In this document: positions 1 to 8,509 of the stretch, in pieces | How positions within the stretch are numbered: position 1 is the stretch's first letter | Layout of the letters: every line of letters starts with the position of its first letter | Source: Candidatus Brocadia sp. | Lineage (GTDB): Bacteria; Planctomycetota; Brocadiia; Brocadiales; Brocadiaceae | Reading direction: 5' to 3' | Length of the DNA: 32,000 nt | Assembly (NCBI GenBank): GCA_021650915.1 | Contig: CP091279.1 | Span: forward strand, 3,600,001 to 3,632,000 | Program-made: the position numbers and the translations under genes | The notes under the pieces: model-generated | The model's input: the letters and a program-made list of their open reading frames with translations, nothing else | The model's database searches: none | Told to the model about the DNA's origin: nothing

Positions 1-740
1 GAGGTAATGTGGTAAGTCCGGATATTCTCATTGATAAATACGGGGCAGACACCCAGCGGCTCTATATCCTTTTCATAGGGCCACCCCAGAAAGATGCCGA
101 GTGGAATGACCGCGGGGTGATTGGCGCTCATCGTTTTCTCAATCGTCTGTGGCAGAAGATTGTTGATTACGAAGACTTCTATATCAGGATACAGCGGGTG
201 GATATTGTTATAAACAACCTCTCTCCTGCGGCAAAGACCCTTTATCGTCAGACGAACCAGACGATCAGGAAGGTCACGGAAGATATGGAGACCTCATGGC
301 ATTTCAATACGGCGATTGCTTCTGTGATGGAGTTGCTCAACCATGTGGATGCATTTCATGTTGCCATACCCACCAGCGCTGCGGAAGAGCTTGATTTTCA
401 TGTCTTCCGCCACTCCATGGAAACAATTCTTTTGCTCATGGCCCCTTTTACCCCACATATCTGTGAGGAACTGTGGGAGGTTATGGGGCACAAGCCAAGC
501 ATCTTTCAAAAACCATGGCCTGCATATGACAAGGATGCAATTCTGGAGGAGGTTATAGAGATTGTTGTTCAGATCAACAGTAAGGTCAAAAGTCGCTTAT
601 CAGTGCCAGTTGATATGAGCGAAGATGAGTTGAAAAGAATCGTATTGAACGATGAACGCATTGCCGGATTTTTGCAGGGCAAGAAGGTTATTAATACCAT
701 CGTAGTGCCGGGCAAATTGGTGAATATTGTGGTAAAATAA
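1..740 (+). CDS. leuS: Leucyl-tRNA synthetase, C-terminal part (5' end lies outside the window)
   Basis: The frame of ORF 9..740 is open to the window edge. The translation (GADTQRLYILFIGPPQKDAEWNDRGVIGAHRFLNRLW ... VVPGKLVNIVVK) matches the conserved C-terminal/anticodon-binding region of bacterial LeuS. Confidence 0.9.
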   Translation, partial: GNVVSPDILIDKYGADTQRLYILFIGPPQKDAEWNDRGVIGAHRFLNRLWQKIVDYEDFYIRIQRVDIVINNLSPAAKTLYRQTNQTIRKVTEDMETSWHFNTAIASVMELLNHVDAFHVAIPTSAAEELDFHVFRHSMETILLLMAPFTPHICEELWEVMGHKPSIFQKPWPAYDKDAILEEVIEIVVQINSKVKSRLSVPVDMSEDELKRIVLNDERIAGFLQGKKVINTIVVPGKLVNIVVK

Positions 741-800
741 ATGTAACAATTTAGCTTTTTGAAAAATCCGTACATTCATAGGTAATTCGCGTAAAACGGA

Positions 801-1124
801 ATGCGTAGCGCGGGTGGTTTATCCCCCGCACAGGCCGACCACAAGGGATCGGCGCTACCTTTTTCAAAAGGGTTCTCATATAATAGTTTCACGACCCATG
901 AAGAGACACGAAAAAGCGCAGTACCCGTGGACAGTCTTCACGGCATTGAAGTAAGACCCATCCGGCGGGGAGAACGTATACGCCAATACCATTATCTTGG
1001 GCTTCACTCTCTGATAGGGGAAAGCATCCGGTATCTGGCGATATAGCAGGGACAATGGCTTGCTTAGATGGGATGGTCAGCAGTGGCATTCAAATGCAAG
1101 GTGCGAGACCACTGGATAGGATAG
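801..1124 (+). pseudogene. Decayed DUF4338-like (mobile-element-associated) gene remnant with three in-frame TAG stops
   Basis: A single frame reads ...IEVRPI..RQYHYLGLHSLIGESIRYLAI*QGQWLA*MGWSAVAFKCKVRDHWIG*. This resembles the HYLG..LVG..LRY.A..G.W.ALLGWS.AA.KC.ARD.WIGW core I recall for DUF4338 proteins. Similarity is lost after 1124. Confidence 0.35.
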
Positions 1125-1251
1125 CCTTCCTTTCTTCAGAATGATGTTTCGGTTGTGCTTCCACTTTTTTAATGCTTATCGAACAGAATAAAGGTTCGCC
1201 GCAGATAACAACGCTTCGGAGACGACGTGGGACTTATGTGATTTTGCATTC

Positions 1252-1974
1252 TTATTTCAAGCGCAGGAATTTATTTTTTTTCAGATACCAGGCAGTAAAA
1301 AATGCAGTGGCAACAATCATAATCAAAATTAACAACGACCACAAGGTAGACTTGCTGGCCTCATAGCCTTGGTCTAAGTATATATCTTTCATGGTCAAAA
1401 GTAACAGCCCCGTTATCCATGCAAAGGGTGTAGCATATTCTTTGACAATCAATCGTTTCCAGTTAAATTCCATACCTTTTATGGTATTCCCTATTCCTGA
1501 AAAGTCAGGAATGATGCGGTTGACTCGTTTGCAATAATCTTTGAACACCTGACCAAACCTTTTTTCCAGGTAGGTCTCCTCTGCGCATATGATCGCTGCG
1601 TAGGCAAAGAAAAGAAACGGGATTCCAAACATAACAAAGAGGAGAGAATTTCCCGCAATCCCAACTCCAAGAAGAATCAAGATATTTCCAAAATAGAGGG
1701 GGTTTCTACAATGTGCAAAAATCCCTTCCTGAACAAGGGTTTCCGCATGCATCCGCTTCTTTTTGCCGCCTCGTTTAATGTAAGCAAACCCAACGGTGAG
1801 CGCCCGCAATATCTGACCGCTCAGTGCTATGGTAATACCAAGGATAATTTCCCATATTTCCGCGAGTTCGCTATTAAAAACCGGCCATGTCCCCTCAAAG
1901 AAAAGCAATGCAAAGACCAGGGGGAAAAGGGCATTCCGGTATCGGAAAAAGAAATTACCTATTTTAACCATCAT
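1252..1974 (-). CDS. Membrane methyltransferase of the isoprenylcysteine carboxyl methyltransferase / phospholipid methyltransferase (ICMT/PEMT) family
   Basis: This 240-aa protein is polytopic and hydrophobic. It carries the family motif LVQEGIFAHCRNPLYFGNILILLGVG (cf. G.Y...RHP.Y.G). Its start overlaps the cmoA stop (ATGA at 1971-1974). Confidence 0.75.
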   Translation of the reverse strand: MMVKIGNFFFRYRNALFPLVFALLFFEGTWPVFNSELAEIWEIILGITIALSGQILRALTVGFAYIKRGGKKKRMHAETLVQEGIFAHCRNPLYFGNILILLGVGIAGNSLLFVMFGIPFLFFAYAAIICAEETYLEKRFGQVFKDYCKRVNRIIPDFSGIGNTIKGMEFNWKRLIVKEYATPFAWITGLLLLTMKDIYLDQGYEASKSTLWSLLILIMIVATAFFTAWYLKKNKFLRLK

Positions 1975-2723
1975 TTTACCGCTACTATTCCACAGAAGTT
2001 ATACCACTTGAAAAACACATCACAATACCGGAATCCTTCCTTGAGCAGGAGTTCTCTGTTTTCCAGCAACTTGTAAGGAATTAATACGTTTTCAAGCGCC
2101 TCTCGTTTCTGTGCGATTTCTAATTCGCTGTACCCATTTCGTCGCTTGAAGTCGTAGTAGTACTTTATGAAGAGACGGTTAAAAATGGAGTCTTCCCCTA
2201 AGATTTTTTCCACAAGGATCAGGCATCCGTTCTCATTCAATCCCCGCAGGATATTGCCAATCAATTTGTCCCGATTTAAAGGCCTGATGAATTGAAGCGT
2301 AAGGAGCATAACCACAACAGAGGCATTCTCGATATTTACGCCTTGATTCAAATCGGCACAGATCAGTTCATGTTCCCTGGAAAAATGGTGCGCGTTGAGT
2401 TTCTGCTTACACTTGGCAAGCATGTCCGGTGAGTAATCGAGGCCAATGAATTTTACTTTACCAGGGATATTTTGGCCCATATTGAGCAGGGTAGTGCCCG
2501 TGGAACATCCGAGATCGTAAATATTTGTTCCTTCAACGGCAAAATCGACTGCCATTTCCACGATCATTTTTTGAGTTTCCCGATAGAACGGAACGGATCG
2601 GTCCAGCATGTCGTCAAATACCGAAGCGACTTTTTCTCCAAAGTTAAAATCCGCTATCGTGGTCATACTTTCCTTGAAAATTTCGTCCTTTGACATAGGT
2701 GAATACCTTGCTTCAGTTTTCAT
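1971..2723 (-). CDS. cmoA: Carboxy-S-adenosyl-L-methionine synthase (CmoA family)
   Basis: The protein resembles E. coli CmoA end to end, as recalled from memory. Matching blocks are FGEKVASVFDDMLDRSVPFYRE, IYDLGCSTGTT, ENASVVVMLLTLQF and DFKRRNGYSELEIAQKREALENV...YNFCGIVAVK. An alternative start lies at M10 (2696). Confidence 0.85.
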   Translation of the reverse strand: MKTEARYSPMSKDEIFKESMTTIADFNFGEKVASVFDDMLDRSVPFYRETQKMIVEMAVDFAVEGTNIYDLGCSTGTTLLNMGQNIPGKVKFIGLDYSPDMLAKCKQKLNAHHFSREHELICADLNQGVNIENASVVVMLLTLQFIRPLNRDKLIGNILRGLNENGCLILVEKILGEDSIFNRLFIKYYYDFKRRNGYSELEIAQKREALENVLIPYKLLENRELLLKEGFRYCDVFFKWYNFCGIVAVK

Positions 2724-3078
2724 TATGCGGGACTTGGGTGAGAGTCGGCGCTATTGCCATGCGCGTATGTTTCCTGATCAAATGTAAATTACGCATATAG
2801 ATGAAGGAGTTTGGCAGATAGGCCAGTATCCCAACCGGGCTGCGTTCCATGATCCAATAGGCACACATAATGATGCTTCCCGCGATGCTCCAATACCAAA
2901 AGGAAATAGGTATCACGCTTTTCCCTGCTTTTTCTGAAACAATCCATTGGATTAAAAACCGGGTGGAAAATATCGCATTGCCAAGGAATCCAAGAATGGC
3001 GAGGTAACTCCAATCCAGCCCGAACAAACGATGTTCCTGGCCAAACCACGTAACAGCTAGTGTAACAGCATAGTTCAT
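2713..3078 (-). CDS. Small 3-TM membrane protein with a lipid-A-biosynthesis N-terminal (LAB_N) type domain
   Basis: This 121-aa protein contains the motif LGFLGNAIFSTRFLIQWIVSEKAGKSVIPISFWYWSIAGS, typical of LAB_N proteins found next to GT2 genes. It overlaps the GT2 stop by 4 nt. Confidence 0.65.
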   Translation of the reverse strand: MNYAVTLAVTWFGQEHRLFGLDWSYLAILGFLGNAIFSTRFLIQWIVSEKAGKSVIPISFWYWSIAGSIIMCAYWIMERSPVGILAYLPNSFIYMRNLHLIRKHTRMAIAPTLTQVPHNEN

Positions 3079-3806
3079 ACATACGCTCCTTCTTGATTGA
3101 GTCTTTCAACGATCTCATACCGCATCAGCCTTTTTTTCATCCACCGTACCGCCAACAAATCGATAAATGCCCTGAATGCCCTGTTCGATATTCCATACTT
3201 TGATTTCCCAAATTTCCGGGGATAGTGGTTTACAACAATTTCAATAACGGTAAACCCTTCCATTTTAAACAGCGTGGGCAGAAACCGATGCATACCGTTA
3301 AACAATTTGATTTGATTCAGACATTCCTTACGATATGCTTTAAGCGAGCAGCCGGTGTCTTTAATATTTTCCCATGAGAGTTTGTTTCTGATAGAATTTG
3401 CCACCGTTGAGGAAATCCGCTTTATCCACGGATCATTTCTCCTCTGCCTCCATCCGCATACCATATCGTACGTAGTGAGTTTTTCCAGTACTTTTGGGAT
3501 GTCCGCAGGGTCATTCTGCATATCGGCATCCATAGAAACAATATATTTCCCCACAGCAGATTTGAAGCCGGCATCCATTGCCGCCGTTTGGCCTGCGTTT
3601 CTCTTGAAATGAATGGTACGGAAGTTTTCATGTTTGTCGCACCATGCATTCAGTTTTTCCGTACTGCCGTCGGTGCTGCCATCGTTCACGAAGACCACCT
3701 CGTAATTTTGTCCCTCCATGGCATGGAGAATAGAATGCCCAAGAAGTGCAATGTTCTCCGCCTCATTGTATAAGGGGATAACAATAGAAATGTCCGGAGT
3801 TTTCAT
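3075..3806 (-). CDS. Family 2 glycosyltransferase, polyprenyl-phosphate sugar synthase type (ArnC/DPM1-like)
   Basis: The N-terminus ISIVIPLYNEAENI, together with FVNDGSTDGS and DADMQNDP (DxD), is a canonical GT2 signature. Confidence 0.85.
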   Translation of the reverse strand: MKTPDISIVIPLYNEAENIALLGHSILHAMEGQNYEVVFVNDGSTDGSTEKLNAWCDKHENFRTIHFKRNAGQTAAMDAGFKSAVGKYIVSMDADMQNDPADIPKVLEKLTTYDMVCGWRQRRNDPWIKRISSTVANSIRNKLSWENIKDTGCSLKAYRKECLNQIKLFNGMHRFLPTLFKMEGFTVIEIVVNHYPRKFGKSKYGISNRAFRAFIDLLAVRWMKKRLMRYEIVERLNQEGAYV

Positions 3807-3808
3807 CG

Positions 3809-5542
3809 TTAGTAAATCTTTTGATGGTTTCTTTTAAATACGAGCGTTACTTGATATTCTTTCGTATGAACATCCAGCGTACTCAGCGTATTGTCCATGA
3901 TTGTGTTTTTTACATTTTCAAAAGTGTGTTTTTCAATAATACAGAGCGGATGGCATTCAGTAGTACCCAGAAATGTTTTCAAATCATGTATATTTTTGAT
4001 CAAAGGCACACTTACATTCAGGTTCAAATTTATTGCATCCCGAAAAGAATTCGCGATATGAAATTCACGAATATCATATGCACGCAGCCCTCCCAGTTCT
4101 TTTTCTAGGGTGCAGGTTAACTTTGCTCCCAGGGATTCGTTTTCATAATACCGGGTAAGGCCATGGATAAACATTCCCCATCCTAGTATGATTGTGAAAA
4201 TACAGATGACGAGACTCATGTGGATTAGTTTATATCTTTGCCGGAGAGATAAGAACATTTTGAACCCTGTCGTAAATACTACTAAAGAGAGAATTACTCC
4301 AATCCATGAATAATTCCAGAGATACGATGGACAAACAACAAGCAGTAATGCCGCTAATGCCGCCATAATCCGGATAATCCAATATGCGAATAATCTTACC
4401 CACAGCGGCTTTACAATTTTCCCTGCCAGGGTATCATCGATGATCCTTGCCATTAGTATTGAAATGGCAGGATAAAGAGGCAGCATATACCGTGAGGATT
4501 TTGCTTTGGCTGCACAGAGAAATACGAATATAACGACAATCCAACAAAACATGAATATGCCCAGTTCATCTCCATCCCGCCATCTTTTGAAGGCATAAAC
4601 AACTACAAAAGGAATGAACAACGACCATGGCAGAAAATCTGACCATATTTTAACGAAATAATAATAGAACGGTTCACTATGACTAATGGGGTCGTTGACA
4701 CGGGTGAGGAATTCCCTCTTTAAGGTGGCCACTAAGGGCTCCAGTCCTATTTTTACGCAAAGTATCAAACAAAATATCCCAATTGGCAGAATAAAGAGTC
4801 CAAAACCCCATCGCCATTTCATTCTTTTAAAGGCATTCAAATCCTTTCTGCATACCAAAAAAGCTGCAATAATGCTCATAACAAAAAGAATTCCAAGGGG
4901 TCCTTTAGTCAAAAAGGTGATTACCAGAGAAAAATAGAATCCGACATAATACCTCTGCTTTTGTTTATATCCTAAATAGAAAAAGTAGAGGGCGAGTGTT
5001 ATACATACGGCAAAGATCATGTCGGTGCGTATTATTCTGCAATGCCAAAAATATTTTTGCGTGGTGGCTAAAATGACAGCGGCAATAAAAGCTGTCCGCC
5101 GATGGAAAAATCTCTGGACAAAGTAATACGTCATAAGGACTCCGGTAAGTCCTGCCAGGGCGCTAGGTATCCTGGCTGTAAATGGAGTTACCTGATGTCC
5201 TATTGAAGAAAAGATGGCAATCAACCACATCAGCATGGGTGGTTTGCTCAAATAAATCGTATCGTGATAGCCCGTTGTCATCCAGTTCCCGGTTTGAATC
5301 ATCTCACGTGACATCTCGGCATATCGTGAAACATCCTTATTCTCAAAACCCCGATTTCCTAATTCAAAAAAGAAGAGAAAGATACTTATACCCACAAGGT
5401 TACAAAACAAATAATGTTTCTTTAAAAATGCACACAATCGATCCATTTCCATTGATAAAATTCTTTCCTTCTTTTTTCCCTCTAAAAATTCCCGGCAGAG
5501 TTCAAAGTGGTATCGACGGGGGGGGCACTGCCACCATTTCAT
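3809..5542 (-). CDS. GT-C fold glycosyltransferase, ArnT / PMT_2 (GT39/GT83-like) family
   Basis: The protein is large and polytopic with an ArnT/PMT_2-like N-terminal block (YAEMSREMIQTGNWMTTGY...YLSKPPMLMWLIA). A more plausible start is MEMDRL at 5452. It ends 2 nt before the GT2 start. Confidence 0.8.
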   Translation of the reverse strand: MKWWQCPPRRYHFELCREFLEGKKKERILSMEMDRLCAFLKKHYLFCNLVGISIFLFFFELGNRGFENKDVSRYAEMSREMIQTGNWMTTGYHDTIYLSKPPMLMWLIAIFSSIGHQVTPFTARIPSALAGLTGVLMTYYFVQRFFHRRTAFIAAVILATTQKYFWHCRIIRTDMIFAVCITLALYFFYLGYKQKQRYYVGFYFSLVITFLTKGPLGILFVMSIIAAFLVCRKDLNAFKRMKWRWGFGLFILPIGIFCLILCVKIGLEPLVATLKREFLTRVNDPISHSEPFYYYFVKIWSDFLPWSLFIPFVVVYAFKRWRDGDELGIFMFCWIVVIFVFLCAAKAKSSRYMLPLYPAISILMARIIDDTLAGKIVKPLWVRLFAYWIIRIMAALAALLLVVCPSYLWNYSWIGVILSLVVFTTGFKMFLSLRQRYKLIHMSLVICIFTIILGWGMFIHGLTRYYENESLGAKLTCTLEKELGGLRAYDIREFHIANSFRDAINLNLNVSVPLIKNIHDLKTFLGTTECHPLCIIEKHTFENVKNTIMDNTLSTLDVHTKEYQVTLVFKRNHQKIY

Positions 5543-5584
5543 TTACCGATGCCGAGATTTCACGATAATTATGAAGCAGGTGTG

Positions 5585-5707
5585 TACTGTAAGCAGGTGA
5601 AATGTAATCGTGTTGGGATTAAATAAATTTTTGTTTATTTTGATGCAATACTGATTACTACTGTAAAAACATGTAATATTTACAGTGAATAATTGTAATC
5701 ATTACAA
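5585..5707. promoter_or_regulatory. Cluster of TGTAA(T) repeats and palindromes upstream of the GT operon (candidate response-regulator or promoter sites)
   Basis: TACTGTAA occurs at 5585 and 5659, and TGTAAT at 5603, 5672 and 5694 (the last two 22 bp apart). There is an inverted repeat ctgtaaa/tttacag at 5661..5685 and a perfect palindrome ttgtaat-c-attacaa at 5693..5707. The function is inferred only. Confidence 0.2.
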
Positions 5708-5833
5708 AAAATGTTTTACCTATTTGCACTGCTTGAGTATACTCTTCCCGCCTGTTTTTAATAGTTAAATTATACCATGCGGTATATGAACAGGCGATGA
5801 ACGTAAAATTAATATTTTGTAATCTTGGAGAGG

Positions 5834-7222
5834 CTAACAGGTTGGTAGAGTAACGGTGAAGGTACTTCCTTTATGCAACTCACTGTTAACTATTATTGTG
5901 CCATGATGAGATTTGACGATCCATTGACAGATGCTTAGTCCAAGTCCGCTGCTGGTGTGGTTTGCCGTTCTAACCTTGCATGCCCTGTAAAAACGGTCGA
6001 ATATGCGAGGAAGATCTTCCTGTGAAATGCCAATACCGTTATCCCGAATAGAAATCTTTACACATCCGTTGTCTTTGTAAAGGGACAGTTTAATTGTCCC
6101 ATTAGCCTGAGTATACTTTACGGCATTGTCTATTAAATTTAAGAGCATCATCCGGATAAGCAATTCATCCCCATCGATAAATGCATCTTCCATCTTTTCC
6201 ATTGATACGAAGATGTTTTTCGGTTCAGCAATAAGCTTTAGTTGCTCTGCAATATCCATGACAACTGGATGAAGATTCATCCGTTTCTTCTGCAACTCAT
6301 ATTGTCCTGCGTCAGCCTTTGCCAGAATAAACAGACTCTCTATAATTTTCGAAAACCGCCCCAAATCCTCCAAGGTATTTGCAAGAATTTGCTGATAGCT
6401 ACAAATATCCCTTTCACTAGACAAGGCGACTTCTATTCCCGCCTTCATAATGGCGATAGGTGTGCGTAATTCATGAGAGGCATCGGTCGTGAATTGGCGG
6501 ACCTGGCTAAATGAATTCTCCAGGCGGGTCAGCATCTCATTAATTACTCCCGAAAGCTCGCTGATCTCGTCTTTCACAGGATGTATTACCAGTCTCTTTC
6601 CCAGGTGTTCAGTTTCTATCTTCTGGAGATCTTTTATCATGCAATCTATGGGTCTTAGCGCCTTTTTTGCCATAAAGCGACCACCCAACCAGCTGCCGAC
6701 AATCGCAAGGAATCCCAAAGCCGTGAGGATGAGCAAAAAGATGTTGAGTGCAGTATCTTTGTTAATAACAATTCCGATTTGAATTAATTGCCGGGTGTCC
6801 TTTATGGGTATCGTAATAATGCGTAAAAGACGCCCCTTTGAGTTCTTTACGGTCTTAAAGTATATCTTTCCTGAAAAGATTTCTTTAATTTGATGCCTCT
6901 GTAACGGCAAGTGAGCATCCGTTAAATTTCCAGACCGGAATTGAAGATTTCCTGCGGGACCAAGTATTGCGATATATTTTCCCGCAGCCCATTCTTCATC
7001 TCTTTCATTTGAGATTTGACTTACATATTCCTTGAAGGAATTCATATTAATTTGTGCATGATGAGCAATACCGACAGCTTCTTCTGTAAGCCCAACATCT
7101 ATACGTTTATTATTTGCATGAGAAAATGCGACGTAGGTTAGCAAGCTGAAGAGAAAGAGCATTCCACCGAAAATGCTCGTATACCAGAGGGAAAGTTTGG
7201 TGCGAATCGTCCAGGAGATCAT
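5834..7222 (-). CDS. Sensor histidine kinase (CusS/heavy-metal-sensor-like architecture: 2 TM, HAMP, HisKA, HATPase_c)
   Basis: The H-box is FTTDASHELRTPIA, the N-box is LLNLIDNAVKYT, and the G-boxes are DNGIGI and GLGLSI. The N-terminus RTKLSLWYTSIFGGMLFLF is typical of the CusS/CopS group. Confidence 0.9.
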   Translation of the reverse strand: MISWTIRTKLSLWYTSIFGGMLFLFSLLTYVAFSHANNKRIDVGLTEEAVGIAHHAQINMNSFKEYVSQISNERDEEWAAGKYIAILGPAGNLQFRSGNLTDAHLPLQRHQIKEIFSGKIYFKTVKNSKGRLLRIITIPIKDTRQLIQIGIVINKDTALNIFLLILTALGFLAIVGSWLGGRFMAKKALRPIDCMIKDLQKIETEHLGKRLVIHPVKDEISELSGVINEMLTRLENSFSQVRQFTTDASHELRTPIAIMKAGIEVALSSERDICSYQQILANTLEDLGRFSKIIESLFILAKADAGQYELQKKRMNLHPVVMDIAEQLKLIAEPKNIFVSMEKMEDAFIDGDELLIRMMLLNLIDNAVKYTQANGTIKLSLYKDNGCVKISIRDNGIGISQEDLPRIFDRFYRACKVRTANHTSSGLGLSICQWIVKSHHGTIIVNSELHKGSTFTVTLPTC

Positions 7223-7896
7223 GGTTTTTCATCTTTCATAACATATCCTACACCTTTAATCGTGTAAATCAGCTTATGGATACGGCCCTTATCTATTTTA
7301 TTTCTCAGGCGATTTACAAAGACGTCAATTACATTAGTAAGACTATCAAAATTATAATCCCATACATGCTCTGCAATCTGGGTGCGGGTTAATACGGCAT
7401 TCAGGTTTCTCATAAAAAATTCCAACAGGGCAAATTCTTTATTGGTGAGGTCTATGGGTTGTCCATTGCGGTAAAGGCGGTGAGCTGCTATATCCAAAAT
7501 AAGATCTGCTACCGTTAACTGGATTTGGCAATTGACTTTTCCCCTTCTGAGCAATGCGCGGATTCGTGCTATTAGTTCTATAAAGGAAAAGGGTTTTACC
7601 AGGTAATCGTCCGCTCCTAAATCTAATCCGCGTGCCTTGTCCTCAGCGGCGTCCTTTGCAGTTAAGAGAATAACCGGCATATTCTTGCCGTTTTTTCTCG
7701 CCTCGCGCACTATCTCAAGGCCATTTTTCTTGGGAAGCAAAATGTCCAGGATAACAAGGTCATACTCATTGGTATTGAGCATAAAGCGGCCTTCTTCACC
7801 ATCATTACTCACATCAGTGGCAAAGTGGTTTTCTTCAAGCCCCTTTTTGATATAGGTGGCTAATTTTTTTTCATCCTCTACGACCAATATTCTCAT
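7219..7896 (-). CDS. OmpR-family response regulator (CusR/PmrA-like)
   Basis: The receiver domain reads MRILVVEDEKKL...DLVILDILLPKKNG...LTAKD. The winged-helix C-terminus reads LTNKEFALLEFFMRN...TIKGVGYVM. It overlaps the kinase start by 4 nt. Confidence 0.9.
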   Translation of the reverse strand: MRILVVEDEKKLATYIKKGLEENHFATDVSNDGEEGRFMLNTNEYDLVILDILLPKKNGLEIVREARKNGKNMPVILLTAKDAAEDKARGLDLGADDYLVKPFSFIELIARIRALLRRGKVNCQIQLTVADLILDIAAHRLYRNGQPIDLTNKEFALLEFFMRNLNAVLTRTQIAEHVWDYNFDSLTNVIDVFVNRLRNKIDKGRIHKLIYTIKGVGYVMKDEKP

Positions 7897-8436
7897 ATAG
7901 TATTATTCTATAAAATTCAAAAATTACCGCTATTTTTACCCACCCCCGAATCGCCTCCTGGGAGGGGCCGTATTGTCAAAATTTTTTATAAATTTTTAGA
8001 GAATATCTTTTATTTTCAGTATCTTGCGATAACAGTACTTTATTAAAAAATGTTTGAGAAAAAATATTTTTAAGTCATAAGCAGAGTTGAATCCAACTCA
8101 CTACAAGGTCAGACATATCAACAAGATTGATCGATACTGGAACCTCTGTCTTGTTGCATGGACTCTCACCTACTGGATAAGACAAAATTGCCTATCTTAC
8201 GAAAATCCTTGAAACGAAACCTGCCATCTTCAACGAAATTAAACAGGCTGTCAATTCCATGCTCGAATTCGCCTCTACCAGTGCCTTATCAAAGAACGAA
8301 AAACTTGCCTATGACTATTTTAAAATTAAATCCAAACGCCTTAAGAAAAAAATGCGCCGCTTAAATTTTTAACAAAGTAATGCATGGTAAATTGAACCAG
8401 TGAGAGGTATAAGATATTTGTGCGGTTTGAAGTGAT

Positions 8437-8469
8437 AGAGGGAGGGAATGCTTTACATTTCCTCCCTCT
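8437..8469. terminator. Strong stem-loop (14-bp stem, 5-nt loop), possible terminator
   Basis: The sequence agagggagggaatg-cttta-catttcctccctct has one G.T pair. It lies 41 nt downstream of the minus-strand ferredoxin gene. On the plus strand it is followed by ttgctt. No clean U-tract is present on either strand. Confidence 0.35.
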
Positions 8470-8509
8470 TTGCTTAATGTTAAAAAGTATGACTTCTTAT
8501 ATACCGTAT

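Noticed and set aside
2789-3118. A 109-aa minus-strand ORF overlapping the LAB_N gene in another frame
   Set aside because: The alternative frame (2713..3078) gives a recognisable LAB_N membrane protein with ATGA-type coupling to both neighbours. The 109-aa frame has no motifs and would break the coupling.
8158-8364. The 68-aa ORF-track entry as a genuine gene
   Set aside because: The translation is low-complexity (K/L/P/S/N-rich). A different frame over the same DNA looks more protein-like but lacks a start codon. It is reported as a finding rather than as a CDS.
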